DNA of 60,346 bases from Chara braunii. Its lineage: Eukaryota; Plantae; Charophyceae. A program made the position numbers and the translations under genes. Shown piece by piece: positions 37,620 through 50,855 of the stretch. The number at the start of each line of letters is the position of its first letter. Position 1 is the stretch's first letter. Below the pieces are notes generated by a model. The model had not been told where the DNA came from. It did no database searches and worked only from the letters and a program-made list of their open reading frames with translations. The stretch is taken from the NCBI GenBank assembly GCA_003427395.1, contig BFEA01000002.1, positions 1,556,685 to 1,617,030 on the forward strand. Reading direction: 5' to 3'.

Positions 37620-39335
37620 GGAAACCTGCTGGAAACCGGGTCCAGCGTCCCTTAGTCGCTACCTTTCCTTTTTTTTTAAAAGCAAGGCCGCTACCTATCG
37701 CTACCTAGTATAAAGCCTGCGTCGCCTGCTGAAAGCCGGGCCTCATGCAACTGGCAGTACTTCGGCCAGGGCCAGCGGTCGGGGTGGGAAGGGATCTGCG
37801 AATTCCTGGGCAGGTCGTAGCTGGGTGCCGGGATCAATTGTGGTCCAATCGTGGAATATCAGCTGGTAGTCTCTTACTATCTCTGTCCGGGGTTCTCCCT
37901 GCGCTTCCCTTTCAGGTTGGCGGCCGGTCCATAACACCTTGGCCACCTATCCCTCCCTCTCTCCGCCTACTAGCCAGTCCTTGCTAAATGTGGAGATGAT
38001 CCTGTTCATGTCCTCCCAGGTATTCATCAAGTCGAGCTTATCTTTAACTGTCTTCCATTGGGCCGCTATCTCGTGCTGGACCAGTGTCCGAAATTTGGTC
38101 TAGGGCCTCACCGTCTTCCACCCTCGCCCCCTCTATCTCCAGACAGCATCTTCTCCACCATATCGTCCACAGGACACTCCGTCTGCCTAGGCTGAACATA
38201 TTTTCCTCGAATGTCTTCTCCCTGGTTGGAGGGTAATACCCTAAGAGAAGGGCCCTCCAGTCCCATGGCCAGACTGCCCCAGGAACTATGTGACGCCAAA
38301 TCCTGTCCCAGCTTCTCCATAATAGCACTGATGCGGGGCATTGGAGGAGTATATGTTCGATGGTCTCAGCCCTCTTTCTCCCTAGGTAGCTCAGGAGGCA
38401 TTTATGGCACAACGGTAACGCCTTCCCTTATTGTTCCAGGCCGGGTATGGTCTATCAACCAATCGTTGGTTGGTAGGCACCTGTGCTTAATTTGCCACTG
38501 GAGGGCGGAAATTTTAGCGGGTCTTCTGTTGTAGTGTGCAAACCACCGGATGGGTTTTAGGAGACTGCGGTCTATATTGAGGTGACAATACCATCTGTCT
38601 TCAATACGGTCGCGTACTCTGCGTTTGGGTCTGAGCATCCGGTAAGCAGATTTAGATTTTAAGTTGCATAGTGCCAACACGTTTGCCTCTCCCTTCCTGG
38701 TTGGGATATTCAGGGTCCATTGCCACTCGTCAGGGTCCAGAGGGAGGTCCTTAATTGGAGTCATTGGGTGATACGCCCTCTGGTTATCTCCCTCCGTAAT
38801 GACCCTGATGCGATAAACTTCCCTTTGGTCCTTCCATATGAAGGGTTACTGGTTGCGCTGCAGTCTGTCGTCCTTTATAATGGCGAAGGTTTCGACTAGC
38901 ACGTGTGTGCGGTCTGTGAGGTGCACCTATCCTACCTGCCGCTCGTGGTCAGGCAACCCTACCCAGTCATCTTCCTTTACGCAGGGGCCTCTTCTCAGAG
39001 TGGTGTACCAATGGAGGGGGAAGCTGTCAATCAGCTCATCCAGTGCCCTTTCAGTGAGGCGACAATATCGCTGAGTTGTTTGTAATCTCTCCACGCTTTT
39101 CCAATTCCGTGCCTCTGTGTCCCAAAGGTCCCCAACCCTTCGTACACCGTGTTTCACCTAGCCTTTCCATGGTGAGTCCGACACGCATCGTACACACCCT
39201 TCTGAGTCCGATATCAAGTGGTTTCCAAATAGGGGCTGCCTGAAGATTTCTTCCCACCTCTCTGGAACAGGCCGGTTGGGGGGGGGGGAGTTTCCTCCAT
39301 GTGCGTATGAGACACACCCAGTATCTGTCGGTAGG
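37620..39335 (-). mobile_element. L1/Tx1-like LINE 3' segment (frameshifted ORF2 with zf-RVT, plus 3' UTR)
   Basis: VRRVGDLWD, KISALQWQIKHRCLPTN, CHKC...ETIEHILLQCP (CCHC) and VLWTIWWRRC. The stop is at ~37743. Confidence 0.85.
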
Positions 39336-39990
39336 GACCTCACCATAATGGTAGAAGCAACCGAGGCTAACATGGAAGAAATCCAGCACCTTATGAACAA
39401 ATTATGCCACCTGTCGGACATGACTGTAAATTGGGGACAAAAGACTATGGGATGGTGGATGCACCACCAAGGGGGCAAACCTCCAGAAAACCCGCGAATC
39501 ACATGGCTCCCCCCTGAGGACCCCCTGAGAATTCTAGGGGCACTGATCACTACTAAAGGAAGGCCAGCATCGAACGACGAGTGGTTGACTGGATCAGCAC
39601 AGAGTAAACTTGGAAAATGGAACAATAAGAGTGCATCCATCTTTGGCCGGGCACTTGTCATCAATAATGTGATCCTGGCCACACTGTGGTATAAGGTCAT
39701 TATGTGGCCGATGAGTAATGGAGGACTCAAGGCATCAAAACAAAAGCTGGCGGCCTTCCTGTGGAGAGGTGATAGCAACATCACCCACGCCATCAGCCGA
39801 GTAGCGTGGGACTCGGTGATCCAACCCAAGAATCAAGGTGGTCTAGGAATTGTGGACCCGGCCACACAATTCCAGGCCCTTTCGATTCGCTGGCTTCAGC
39901 TTATCATCTTTTCACCGTCCTCCCCATGGGTCCCCCTCGCCCAGACACAGATCTCTGACCTCGCCCCGGAATCTCCACCTGAGATTGACC
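39336..39990 (+). mobile_element. Inverted upstream segment of the same LINE (RT end and thumb region)
   Basis: (D)DLTI...LRILG...KLGKW...SIFGRALVINNVILATLWY...FLW...VAWDSVIQPKNQGGLGIVD...ALSIRWL. Confidence 0.85.
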
Positions 39991-40409
39991 CCTGTGTATC
40001 TCTTGCACGCACTGTCAGGTTCCTATACTCTTTTAGAAAGCAAATCCAGCAATAAAAGGCTCAAACGGCATTCAATCAATTTGAAGAAAGGCGGCAATGC
40101 TGTCCTTCCTTTCCCTCGTGCCTCGTCCTTCCCTTCCCCCTTAAAGTTTCCTGCTTTCCTCTTTTCCCTAGTACCCCCTATGAGGCCCACCCACCCTCCT
40201 CAGAGTCTCTTCAATCTCCCATGCGCACCCCCACTCCCCCCCATCCTTCCTCGGTGTCTACCACTCAGGACCATCACCCTTCCGTACGTAGCGGGCACCA
40301 GGGCTTAGAAGGAACCCTTTCCAGCCCTACGAGATGGCCATTGTGGATTTCCACTGGTTGGGACTGGGTAAGGAAGGAGAGGCGATTACCTGAAACCCGA
40401 GTACAGCTA

Positions 40410-40515
40410 CCTTCTTCCCCCGAACACAACATACGGTCATTATAGCTGCATTTGCTGCATCTTTCAGTCTAAACAGCTATAATGACCGTAGTACGTTGTA
40501 TTCGGGTGAAGAAGG
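40410..40515. mobile_element. TA-flanked Tc1/mariner-type MITE
   Basis: TA|CCTTCTTCCCCCGAACACAAC...GTTGTATTCGGGTGAAGAAGG|TA, near-palindromic. Confidence 0.8.
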
Positions 40516-41039
40516 TAGGTTCTCATGTGATTTCTGGCAGTCCAGTGTGGACTGAAGAGGCTGTTTCTCGTTCACACATCTTTTTTTGACTCTGAATTTC
40601 AAAAATTATTTTTTATTTTATTATTATTATTATTATTTTTTCTCAAATTTTATGTCCCAGGGATGCTGGACCCATTTTCCAGCCGGTGCTCATATCACCA
40701 CTCCTAGCTGTAGTCGCTGTTTGTTGCTTCAAAAAAGAAAAAGAAAAAAAAAGAAAAAAAAAAAAAGAAAGAAAGAAAGAAAAAAGGCTGAGCACAGAAG
40801 CCCTACTCAACCCTGGTTCAACCCTCTTTTCTGCCTCTCTTTTCTGCCTTGTCCAGCCATTCTCTTAACTCCTTCGTTTCTTTTCTAAGGTCTAGTTAGT
40901 TCCCTCCTATTCTTTTTTTTTTTGCTTTTTCCCTTCTTTTTTTTATAAAACCTACGCTAATATATTCTTCACTCAAATTTTTCATCATCTTTGAAATTCT
41001 TTCAATTCACCTTCACTTCCTACCTATTACCACTACTCC

Positions 41040-41120
41040 TTTTTTTTTTTTTTTTTTTTTTTTAAGGCTCCATCTATTGGTGGGGAGCAACACCTGCTGG
41101 AAACCGGGTCCAGCGTCCCT
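41040..41120 (-). mobile_element. Solo LINE-3'-end motif with A-tail
   Basis: Reverse complement of the 14694-14748 motif, abutting poly(T) at 41040-41063. Confidence 0.7.
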
Positions 41121-41336
41121 CATATTACAAGACATTCCGTGACTGACAGTGATCAGACAACTGACTCATGTACTCGGGGCTTTCTACTCCTAAGGCTTAC
41201 TTAGACAGGGGACCCCTGCGAACATACTAGCTTTGTTGTCTCCCTCCAGCCCATCAGAGGGGATGTTGTGTTGTTTAGTATTTAATTATTTTCGGTTCTT
41301 TTTTTTTTACGTCGTATACCTTTTTATTCTATGTAT

Positions 41337-41486
41337 CCTGGGGCGAGGTCCCACTAGGAAAGAGGATACGAGGATTGAAGACCTGAATCTGGACATGTTT
41401 GCGGAAAGGTGCAGAATGTCGAGATTGAACTGCTTCTCTGATTCAGGATATTTACCCAATCGCCTTTGCTAGTGGGACCTCGCTCC
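41337..41486. mobile_element. MITE, same family as 11318-11495
   Basis: TIRs GCGAGGTCCCACTAG / CTAGTGGGACCTCGC. Confidence 0.75.
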
Positions 41487-41830
41487 TCTGTTACCTGCTC
41501 GAAACCTTATTCCCTGATCGCGATTATGGGTCTCGCCGCACGGCACACGAAACGAAAACGAAACGAGTGCATCTGCTCACGAAAGGTGTCAAAATACACT
41601 CGTTACTATTTATAGCAAACCGATGAACCTGGCCATTTTCTGCAGGAAGAAGCACTCGTTTCGTTTTTCGTGTCCCGTGCAGCGACGCCCTATTACTGCC
41701 CATTCTACTTTGGCCTGCCTCTTTTTCCATAGTACTACCATCTTTTCTACCATAAAATATTATATTATTTATATATGTATTCTTGGTATTCTACGTACTT
41801 CTGTTTATGAAACACCGGTGGATGAGGCAG

Positions 41831-41861
<31 letters not shown>

Positions 41862-43292
41862 GGCAGGTTTGGAGTTCACAAAGGCAAAAAAAACACGTTC
41901 CGGTAGAGGAAANNNNNNNNNNNNNNNNNNNNNNNNNNNNNNNNNNNNNNNNNNNNNNNNNNNNNNNNNNNNNNNNNNNNNNNNNNNNNNNNNNNNNNNN
42001 NNNNNNNNNNNNNNNNNNNNNNNNNNNNNNNNNNNNNNNNNNNNNNNNNNNNNNNNNNNNNNNNNNNNNNNNNNNNNNNNNNNNNNNNNNNNNNNNNNNN
42101 NNNNNNNNNNNNNNNNNNNNNNNNNNNNNNNNNNNNNNNNNNNNNNNNNNNNNNNNNNNNNNNNNNNNNNNNNNNNNNNNNNNNNNNNNNNNNNNNNNNN
42201 NNNNNNNNNNNNNNNNNNNNNNNNNNNNNNNNNNNNNNNNNNNNNNNNNNNNNNNNNNNNNNNNNNNNNNNNNNNNNNNNNNNNNNNNNNNNNNNNNNNN
42301 NNNNNNNNNNNNNNNNNNNNNNNNNNNNNNNNGATTTGTGAAATCACCCTGAAAGTTAACATGTATTGTAAATTACCCCTAAAAGATGTGGGTGGATGCC
42401 AATTTCTACCCTGCGCCAAGCTTCACCGGACCTGTGCAGACTCTAAATGATCGCGTTTGCTTGCCTCGCAAACCATTTTGGTCCAGTAGGCCGAGTCCAA
42501 GAGGACGCGGAATATTGATTGGAACAAAATAGCTGGGATAGGTACGGGTAGTTTAAAACACGGAGTCCAGGCTGTAGTGGGCTGGATGGACCTGAGGCCA
42601 GAAAGTATGGATCCACGGCTACGGTGATGGAAGCTCTCCCATGGAAACCACGGGTAGGTGGCCGGTGGAGTGATCGGCCAACCAATGGAGCAGTGGAGGA
42701 TCACGTGCTGGATTGCAGCGAAGTGTTCGAAAATTGCCACATCCATACGTTGTTATATGAGAGTAGGGGCCTCGCTGCACTACTCTCCAGATGCACAAAA
42801 GACAAAAGAAATGGCGATGTATCTTTCCATGTTCTAGTGTTGAATTCAGTCTCATTTTGCACATTTGGAGAGAAGTGCAGCGAGGCCCTAGGACACTACA
42901 GCCGTGCAGGGGTGAGATGGATATCATCACGGGTATGGTTCCACTCTAAAACACACCGTGTGTCCTGGCTGTAGTCGTCAAACAACCAGTAGCTTCCCAG
43001 CCATTTTTTTTCAGAGACGAGGCGTGCACAACATTGGGCGCCATTTCACTGGACGTCCACCCAGGCAAGACTCTGCTCTTGTGGCCAAGGGTGCCCGTTC
43101 CATTCCGTGCATGCACGGTGGGCCTGAGGCCAGAAAGAATGGATCCATAAATAATACTTTCTTTTTTTTTTCCTTTTCTTTTCTTTTCTTTTCTTTTCTT
43201 TTCTTTTTGAATTAAACGCCCCCTCCAGTGTTAGTGGTGCTGGTGTGCAGAGAATCTGGAAAGTCAAAGGCCGAAAAGTGAGATCAGTACTA

Positions 43293-43399
43293 CCGTCTTC
43301 CCCCCCGAACACAACGCACCCTTATTTTGGCTGTATCTGGCCGGAAATATAGCTTGTATACATGCATTTTTAGGGTGCGTTATGTTCGGGGGAAGACGG
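43293..43399. mobile_element. TA-flanked Tc1/mariner-type MITE
   Basis: TA|CCGTCTTCCCCCCGAACACAACGCACCCT...AGGGTGCGTTATGTTCGGGGGAAGACGG|TA. Confidence 0.85.
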
Positions 43400-44115
43400 T
43401 AGACCTGAGGAAATGTTCTCTGTTTTCACATTGAATTGCTCAGTTTGGACTCTGGAGTGTGATATACTGATGCTTTTTCCAGGGGTGAGGGGCCACACAC
43501 CCCTTTACATTTCTGTTGTCAATCATCAGCAAAGGCCTGCAATCCATCAGCCTGGGGAGGGGTAGGAACCCAAGGCTAATTGAATGCCCACCGCTCTGGA
43601 TGGCTCCGTTCTCGTTCTCGGTTCCATTGGTGGCAAGCAGGACATGCTGGGAAATGGGCCCAGAGTGGCACAGGTAGAGGCTATCATGATGATCCTGATT
43701 TACTCTGAAGACCCCTCACCCTCGATTGTGACCGACACTCCACTACGAAACACTCGACGACGAGATGTATCTCTGGAGCTTATGATCCTCCCGGTGCATC
43801 CGAAATGTTGGACTCGACTAAATGGACCTGGTCGCGAGAGCGTCCAAATGCATGTAGATGTTGAGTAGCGGAGCCTGGCCTTTCTCACCAGTACAGGTTT
43901 CTGGAGACCATTTGAGACTCTTCAATTTCTTCTTTTTTTTTTTAAAGGTGCGAAAGACCAGGGGCAAGGTTCGATGTACCTGGATTCTGCCATCTCGTCC
44001 ATAGATGACGAGGATCAACGGCCGGAAACACATGATTTACATACACGGGAGATGATGGGACCTTGCCCCAAGGATCAGGTATTACAATGATCAGAACAGA
44101 TGGTGCCCTTCCAAA

Positions 44116-44154
<39 letters not shown>

Positions 44155-44984
44155 TAAAAAAAAAAAAAAGAACAGATGGTGCCCTTCATCTTACGTTACC
44201 AAAGGCTGAGAGAAGCTCCCCACTAATAGATTGAGCCTGCCCCTGGGTGCTTAAAAAAAAAAAAAAAAAAAAAAAACCGGGTACAAAGTTAATACAAACT
44301 ACTCTTGATTTCCAATTATAGGAAAAATTAGCAGGTAGGAGAGAGAGAGAGAGAGAGAGAGGAGAGAGGAGAGAGGAGAAGCAGGAAGCAGGAAGCAGGA
44401 CCTACCTCCCCTGTTAATAGAAAGAGACTCGGCAGGAGAGGTGGGATGGTTGTCGTGTCGGTCCAGAAGGTCCGATCTGTGATTTTGCGGCAGGTTAACT
44501 GCCACGTCGGCTGTGAAACGGACTGTGTCACTGTGGTTTAAACTTCAACGCGCCCGTTATAGAAAATCACAGAGTTGATAGAGATAGTATGTGGTTAGTC
44601 CTTCTTGGGTGAAGCTATGGATGCCGCCTTCGGAGATATTGTGCTGAGCCATAGCAATAGCGGACAAGTCCGGTCTATCTGTTCGCCGGTCCACATCTGT
44701 GTTCCATCCGGACTTTGCAGGTCACCGGTCGCCGGTCGCCGGTCGCCGGTCGGTGTTCGGAAGTTTGGAAGTTCGTATCAGATTCTGTGTTTGGTGCACA
44801 AATGGCATGCTCGCAACTTTACAATTTTTTTGTTTTTTTGTTTTTTTTTGTTTAGGAGATTGCTTTTAAAATCTGCATTTCTTTCTTTTTTCTTTGGTAA
44901 GGGCAATTCAGGAGGGAGGTCCCACTTTCCCAGATTCCTTTTTTTTCTTTTTTCTTTTTTCTTTTTTAGATTCCTTTTTTTCTT

Positions 44985-45279
44985 GGAACACCGGCGGACG
45001 CGGCAGGTTTTAAGATCGCAAAGGCAAAAAAACACTTGCCCGCAAAGATATCACGGTGTGAGTTTGAAACGGCGATTCAGGTAGAAAAGACTCCCCCTCT
45101 CCGCCTCCTCCTCCCCCCGTCTGACACCATGGTCGACCCCTGTAGTTATGACACGGCCTGACACCACGACCGTTGGTACTTGCATTGCTTTTTTTCGAAC
45201 TCGGCGCCTGTTTTCTTTGGCGGCGCATGTTTTCTTTTGCTCATTCGATACTCAAAAGTGACATCAACGTACTTGCCCC
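44985..45279. mobile_element. Short deletion derivative of the 12440-14473 Mutator-like family
   Basis: It has the same left end (GGAACACCGGCGGACGCGGCAGGTT) and right end (GTGACATCAACGTACTTGCCCC), with T-rich flanks. Another left end lies at 41809. Confidence 0.6.
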
Positions 45280-45488
45280 TTCTTTTTTTTTAGGCTCCTA
45301 TCCCTTACAACCCCCTCCTACCCTTCCTCACTTCTGACGGTTCATCTTTGTCAAAATCTAGAATCAGAAGTGAAGAAAAGGAAGCCCACAGTCCTCTTTC
45401 ATCCATGGGGGAAAGGTGGTTAACCCCACGTAAACATTTCCAGCTATGTAAATAAGGAGAAAGAAAAAAAGCACACCCATTTGTCATC

Positions 45489-45570
<82 letters not shown>

Positions 45571-46372
45571 NNNNNNNNNNNNNNNNNNNNNNNNNNNNNN
45601 NNNNNNNNNNNNNNNNNNNNNNNNNNNNNNNNNNNNNNNNNNNNNNNNNNNNNNNNNNNNNNNNNNNNNNNNNNNNNNNNNNNNNNNNNNNNNNNNNNNN
45701 NNNNNNNNNNNNNNNNNNNNNNNNNNNNNNNNNNNNNNNNNNNNNNNNNNNNNNNNNNNNNNNNNNNNNNNNNNNNNNNNNNNNNNNNNNNNNNNNNNNN
45801 NNNNNNNNNNNNNNNNNNNNNCACAGTCATGTTTTCTTTGAGTGTACAGTGAATATGACAACACACACACACACACACGTGCTTCATAAAGGCTTCTCAT
45901 TATGACATGCGGTTCTGATTCGTCCGGTGTAATTGGCCCGGATAAATGCGAGGGCTTCTCCAGTATGGTGGATTGAACGTGAACTGCTATATCGATACGT
46001 CGTCCACTCAGAAATGGGAATCTGCCTTGTGTTCATTTTAAATTTCTGGTCCATATGATGCTATGATTTCGTTATGCTAAAAAAAAAAAAATAATAAAAA
46101 AAAATGATTTCGTTATGCTATGAATTAAAACTGACCTGAATTTAACTAGCTACATATGAATGAGCATCACTAAGAGAACATAAAAAATATAAGCTGAAGA
46201 TCTGATTCAGAAGAAGAATGTACAGGAGTATACCCCCTTTTTACTCTGCCTCCTTTTGTGACGTGCAAGTGTGCCGTTAAGGCACACGGGGATGTGGCAG
46301 CTGGCACTCAACCACAATCAATGTGGCCAGCCTTGTACATGAGAGGCACAGTAAAAAGGGACCTGCAAGAAC

Positions 46373-47680
46373 AGTGGTATCTCAGTTGGTAGGGAACAAG
46401 AGTGGTATTCAGGAGTCGTGGGTTTGACTCCCCACGTCGTTCGTCCGATTCCCCACAGCCCCCTGCTGTGTGTTTTGGGCTCACCAGCTGAGATAGTTGG
46501 CTTCCCCCCCTCGCAGAGGTCGCAAAACCATGTTTTTTCTTCCCATATCCGACCCAGCCCAAGCCTTGGTGTATCATATCTAGCCGGACCCACGTAAACA
46601 CAATTTTTTTACCCAGACCCAGCCCACCCGCACTAATTTAATTGTTTTTCTACCCTTACCCAGCCCACCCAGGGTGATTAAAAAATTGTCTACCCATACC
46701 CAGCCAAACCCAGGCCAAATTTTCGTTCATCCGCATCCAGCCGCACCCGAACCCAGTATCCATCCACCCGTGCCTAGCTGTACCTGTGCCCAAAATTTTC
46801 CATCCAGGCTTAGTTTTTGTCCTTATTTCAAACTTAGGCCTTTGCATGTTGGATTCTTCTACTTCGAATTTCGGCGGCAGCAATGGGCCAGTGGCTGGGG
46901 ATACTCACAGTGATACTTTCTTGTCAACATTTGGCAGTAACTACAACCAGATTTCGATGGATCTGACCACAATTATGGCCAGAGCTTATAAGCGAATGCC
47001 GTATTCCCTAAGATGAAACGACTGGGACCAGGCCGAATTAATAGTATGGCCTGGCCCTAGTACTACCTCAGCCCTAAGATGAATGACAGACGGCCAGAGA
47101 CAAATTTGTACTAGGGGCACACCCCGCTACTACCACTATTTTCCAGTGAAGAAAAAGGATCAGGCCTGGCCCTAATACTACCTAGGCTTGCCTAATATGC
47201 CTAGTATGCCAACAGACCTCAGGTCACCCGCACGAAACCTCTACCCAGCCGTACCCGGAACCAGGGCAAACCTTTCAACACCCAGCCCCACCCACCCTAC
47301 AGTTTCCTGCCCCGGCCATATCCCCCCCTCAAATTTCCAGACCCAGCTGCCCCAGTGAATGCTAATCATGCCATACCCGCACACGTCCAGAACTGTCGGG
47401 TATGGCTGGGTACGGTCGGGTTGGGTCACGGCCACCCAGTGTCAACCTCTGCCCCCTCGGCCAGTCCTGGCAGGACTCGAGAATCCGGCCATCCCCTGAT
47501 AAGGGCTAGGAGCCTGGGTACTACTCCCCGCACAGAGTAGAGTGGATAGGTTTAGGTGGGTTCCCTCTAACACTGGTGCATTGATATGGTGTTCTGCCAA
47601 GCTAGATATGTGGGTAGATAGCACGGGGTATGTAGGTAGTTTAGTGTAAGGGGTGAAGAACAAACAAAAAGAAAAAAAGG
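46373..47680 (+). mobile_element. tRNA-derived SINE interrupted by a hAT element
   Basis: A-box TATCTCAGTTGGTAG and B-box GGTTTGACTCCC (46378-46433). The body resumes after 47459 and ends in an A-rich tail at ~47656-47679. Confidence 0.55.
46514..47451. mobile_element. Non-autonomous hAT DNA transposon
   Basis: TIRs CAGAGGTCG / CAACCTCTG. The perfect 8-bp TSD CCCCCTCG is at 46506-46513 and 47452-47459. ACCCAGCCC subterminal repeats are present. Confidence 0.85.
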
Positions 47681-48019
47681 GTAAATTGTGGCTGTGACAC
47701 ACTTTCAGTGCAAGAAACGACACAGTGCCACCGGTGCCATGGTGTGAGTTTTGAAATGTGCAAGTTTACCGGGGGTCTAAAACTGCACCAGTCATTACCT
47801 GCAGTGGCGCTTGGCAGATTTAGGGTCGCCTTTTGTGCTGCATATGGGGAACTGCTAAAATTGCCCATTCTGAAAGTAGGGTGCGGCTCCAAAGAGAGGC
47901 AAAGTAAAGGTAGTCAAGAAAGGCTCGATGATGCTTGTATAGAGGTAAAACTGGTTCACTGTCTGCAACAGAGGTAAAGCTCCATCAATGTTGGATCTAC
48001 TCATCTGAGTGGAACAGGG

Positions 48020-48098
<79 letters not shown>

Positions 48099-49873
48099 GT
48101 CACACACAGTGTGGAAGTGCGACGATCGTACAGTCATGCTTCTTTTGTGGAGTTGTAATGACCTGCCAAACACGGACCGAGACACAGCTGATTTCTGAGT
48201 TTTGCTCATGGAATGTACGCCTTACTGAGTTCCCCGCTTGTTGCTGAGTTTTCTAAGTGACTGTCTGTCTGGGTGTGTGCTTGCTGGTCTGCATGCCTGT
48301 CTGAGTGCCTGTCAGCTTGAGTGTGTGTGTGACCTGCAAGGGCACTTGTTTGTTCGGAAGGCCCGAAGGGCCGGTACTTACCTGTGGCCGTTACATTGAG
48401 GGTTGTAGGGGGGAAAACACTCAAGTGGCAGGGAAAGAGGCCTGGGGAAAACACTCAAGTGGCAGGGAAAGAGGCCTGCGACACTTAGAGCAGTGGAAAA
48501 CACTCAAGTAGCAGGTAGGCTGGTACCACACCAAGGAGAGGTAGATGTGCCGGGTACTCGACACTGAGCAGAAGAAGACAAAAGTTGGCATTTTTAGAGG
48601 CCCGGTAGTTGTAGGCTACGTCTAGGCGGGTACCAGTCCAACCAGTCTGAGTATAGGACCTGTATGTGCAATATCAGAGTCTGCAATGATGTTTCCCTCC
48701 GAAAGGGATGAGGTACCGGTTGCTTGGGGGTCGCACGGCCTAAGTAGTCACTCGCCAGAGGCAAGCAGGCCGCTATATCTCCAGGAGGAGCAAGGTGCTC
48801 CTCATTGTCTGTGTGCAAGTTCGGCGACACACTTGGAGCGCTGGCTGGAGAAGCGATAGCATCGGAGCAGTGCTGCTGGGAAGGTGGGACGAGCGCCAGA
48901 GGTACTTACCTGGCTATGGTGAATGCCATCTTCATCACCTTGGTGGGTGCTGCATCCGGATGGACCCCGGTGGGGTCGAGCTACACCAAGAAGCTTCGAG
49001 GCAGAGTCAGGCATGACGGCCTGAGCTAGAGTAGTCATGGCTGCTTTGTGTCATCCTTTGCACAGCAGGGAAGTGCCCTGGTAGTCCGCCATAGCCTTGG
49101 CTGTGGAAGGAGGAGGAAGAGGGTGGTCATGGCTATGGTGGACCTCATGTGATGCCTGCAGTAGAAGAGGGATTCAGACATTGATTCCGGTTCAGCCATT
49201 CACCATCTACATCTACATCTACATACTACTAAAGGAAAAGCTGGGTCTCGCGTGATGCCGGCGCCAGACCCGGTTTCCGGGTTTGGGACCTCAGGTGGCG
49301 GGCCCAGGCTGGGAAGAAAAAAAAAGAATGAAAATTGTGACCGTGCCGTACAAACAGGCGCGGCCTGGGGAGACCTGGCGACTGTCTTGCGGCCATCGGG
49401 TCCAGTCCGCGCCTTCCCGCCCACTTCCTGCTGCGTCATGCCGCTTTCCATGTTCTAGCGGAAGATTCATTCGATTTTGCTCATCCTATCGATGGAAGTT
49501 GCATGGGGCCAGCCACAGGGTTGGAGACTACCTGTTTGCTGGTGTGTTGCTCATCCNNNNNNNNNNNNNNNNNNNNNNNNNNNNNNNNNNNNNNNNNNNN
49601 NNNNNNNNNNNNNNNNNNNNNNNNNNNNNNNNNNNNNNNNNNNNNNNNNNNNNNNNNNNNNNNNNNNNNNNNNNNNNNNNNNNNNNNNNNNNNNNNNNNN
49701 NNNNNNNNNNNNNNNNNNNNNNNNNNNNNNNNNNNNNNNNNNNNNNNNNNNNNNNNNNNNNNNNNNNNNNNNNNNNNNNNNNNNNNNNNNNNNNNNNNNN
49801 NNNNNNNNNNNNNNNNNNNNNNNNNNNNNNNNNNNNNNNNNNNNNNNNNNNNNNNNNNNNNNNNNNNNNNNNN

Positions 49874-49941
<68 letters not shown>

Positions 49942-50724
49942 CACGCAACCACTGTTACATGCTGCGCCTGCACATGGGCCCCTCAAGAGGGGCCCGACGG
50001 TTGCTGAGGGGCCCCCAGGCCGCATGCCATCAGACATGCGCCCTGAAGGCCCACGGCGGCCCCCAGGCCGCAGACTCCAAATATAGGCGGCAGTATAATT
50101 ACTTACCAGTTGTCCTATTCTGTGTCTGTGCAGACATCATTTCGGACTTGCAGGCCCCAAGGCAACGCCTTGGAGGCAACGCCTTGGGCCAGGTACAGAG
50201 GGACGAGGCCCTTCCGAAACCAGGCGCGTTTTGGCGCCTGACTGAACAGTACCAATGCCGTTTCGGACTGCAGGCACCAAGGCAGCGCCTTGGGCCAGGT
50301 ACACAGGAACAGGGCCTGATCAAGGCCAGGCGCGTTTTTGTGCCTGCTGCATCAGCAGCATGGTCTGGACTCTCTTATCTGTGGTATCTCCCCATGTGCG
50401 TGTACAAGGAGGGACCTTTTCTTCTTGGTGTGTGGTCCCTCCTCCTCATCTCACATGTGTGATGTATGATGGGATGTCGTGTCAGTCCCGGTCAGGTCAG
50501 GACTTATGCTAAAGTCTTCCGCTGCTCTACACTGTGCCGTTTTGTTCGTATCAGGATGTACATTGCTTGTTGATGTTCCACTAACATTGCATTGTCCATT
50601 CAGTCCTTTTCATCACCTTGCGGATCCTTGGCTCTACCTACATTGCCCAACTGGGCATGTATCAGTTGGTATTGGAGCCCCGCACGTGAATCAGGACAAC
50701 CTGATCCGACACATGTGCGGGGAC

Positions 50725-50855
50725 TATTGATTAGTGATTGATTGATTAGTGATTGATTGATTGATTGATCATGGACTGGTTAATTGATTGATTGATTGAT
50801 TGATTGATTGATCATTAATTGATTGATTAATTGACTGATTGATTGATTGATTGGT
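50725..50855. repeat. (ATTG)n microsatellite
   Basis: An imperfect GATT run lies just after the PBS. Confidence 0.9.

Noticed and set aside
42440-43140. Possible transposase or Helitron Rep remnant (FQRRGVH)
   Set aside because: It is a single weak motif with no supporting neighbours.
46373-46435. Functional tRNA gene (also 7733-7806)
   Set aside because: A and B boxes are present, but there is no proper acceptor or anticodon stem. A SINE head explains it better.
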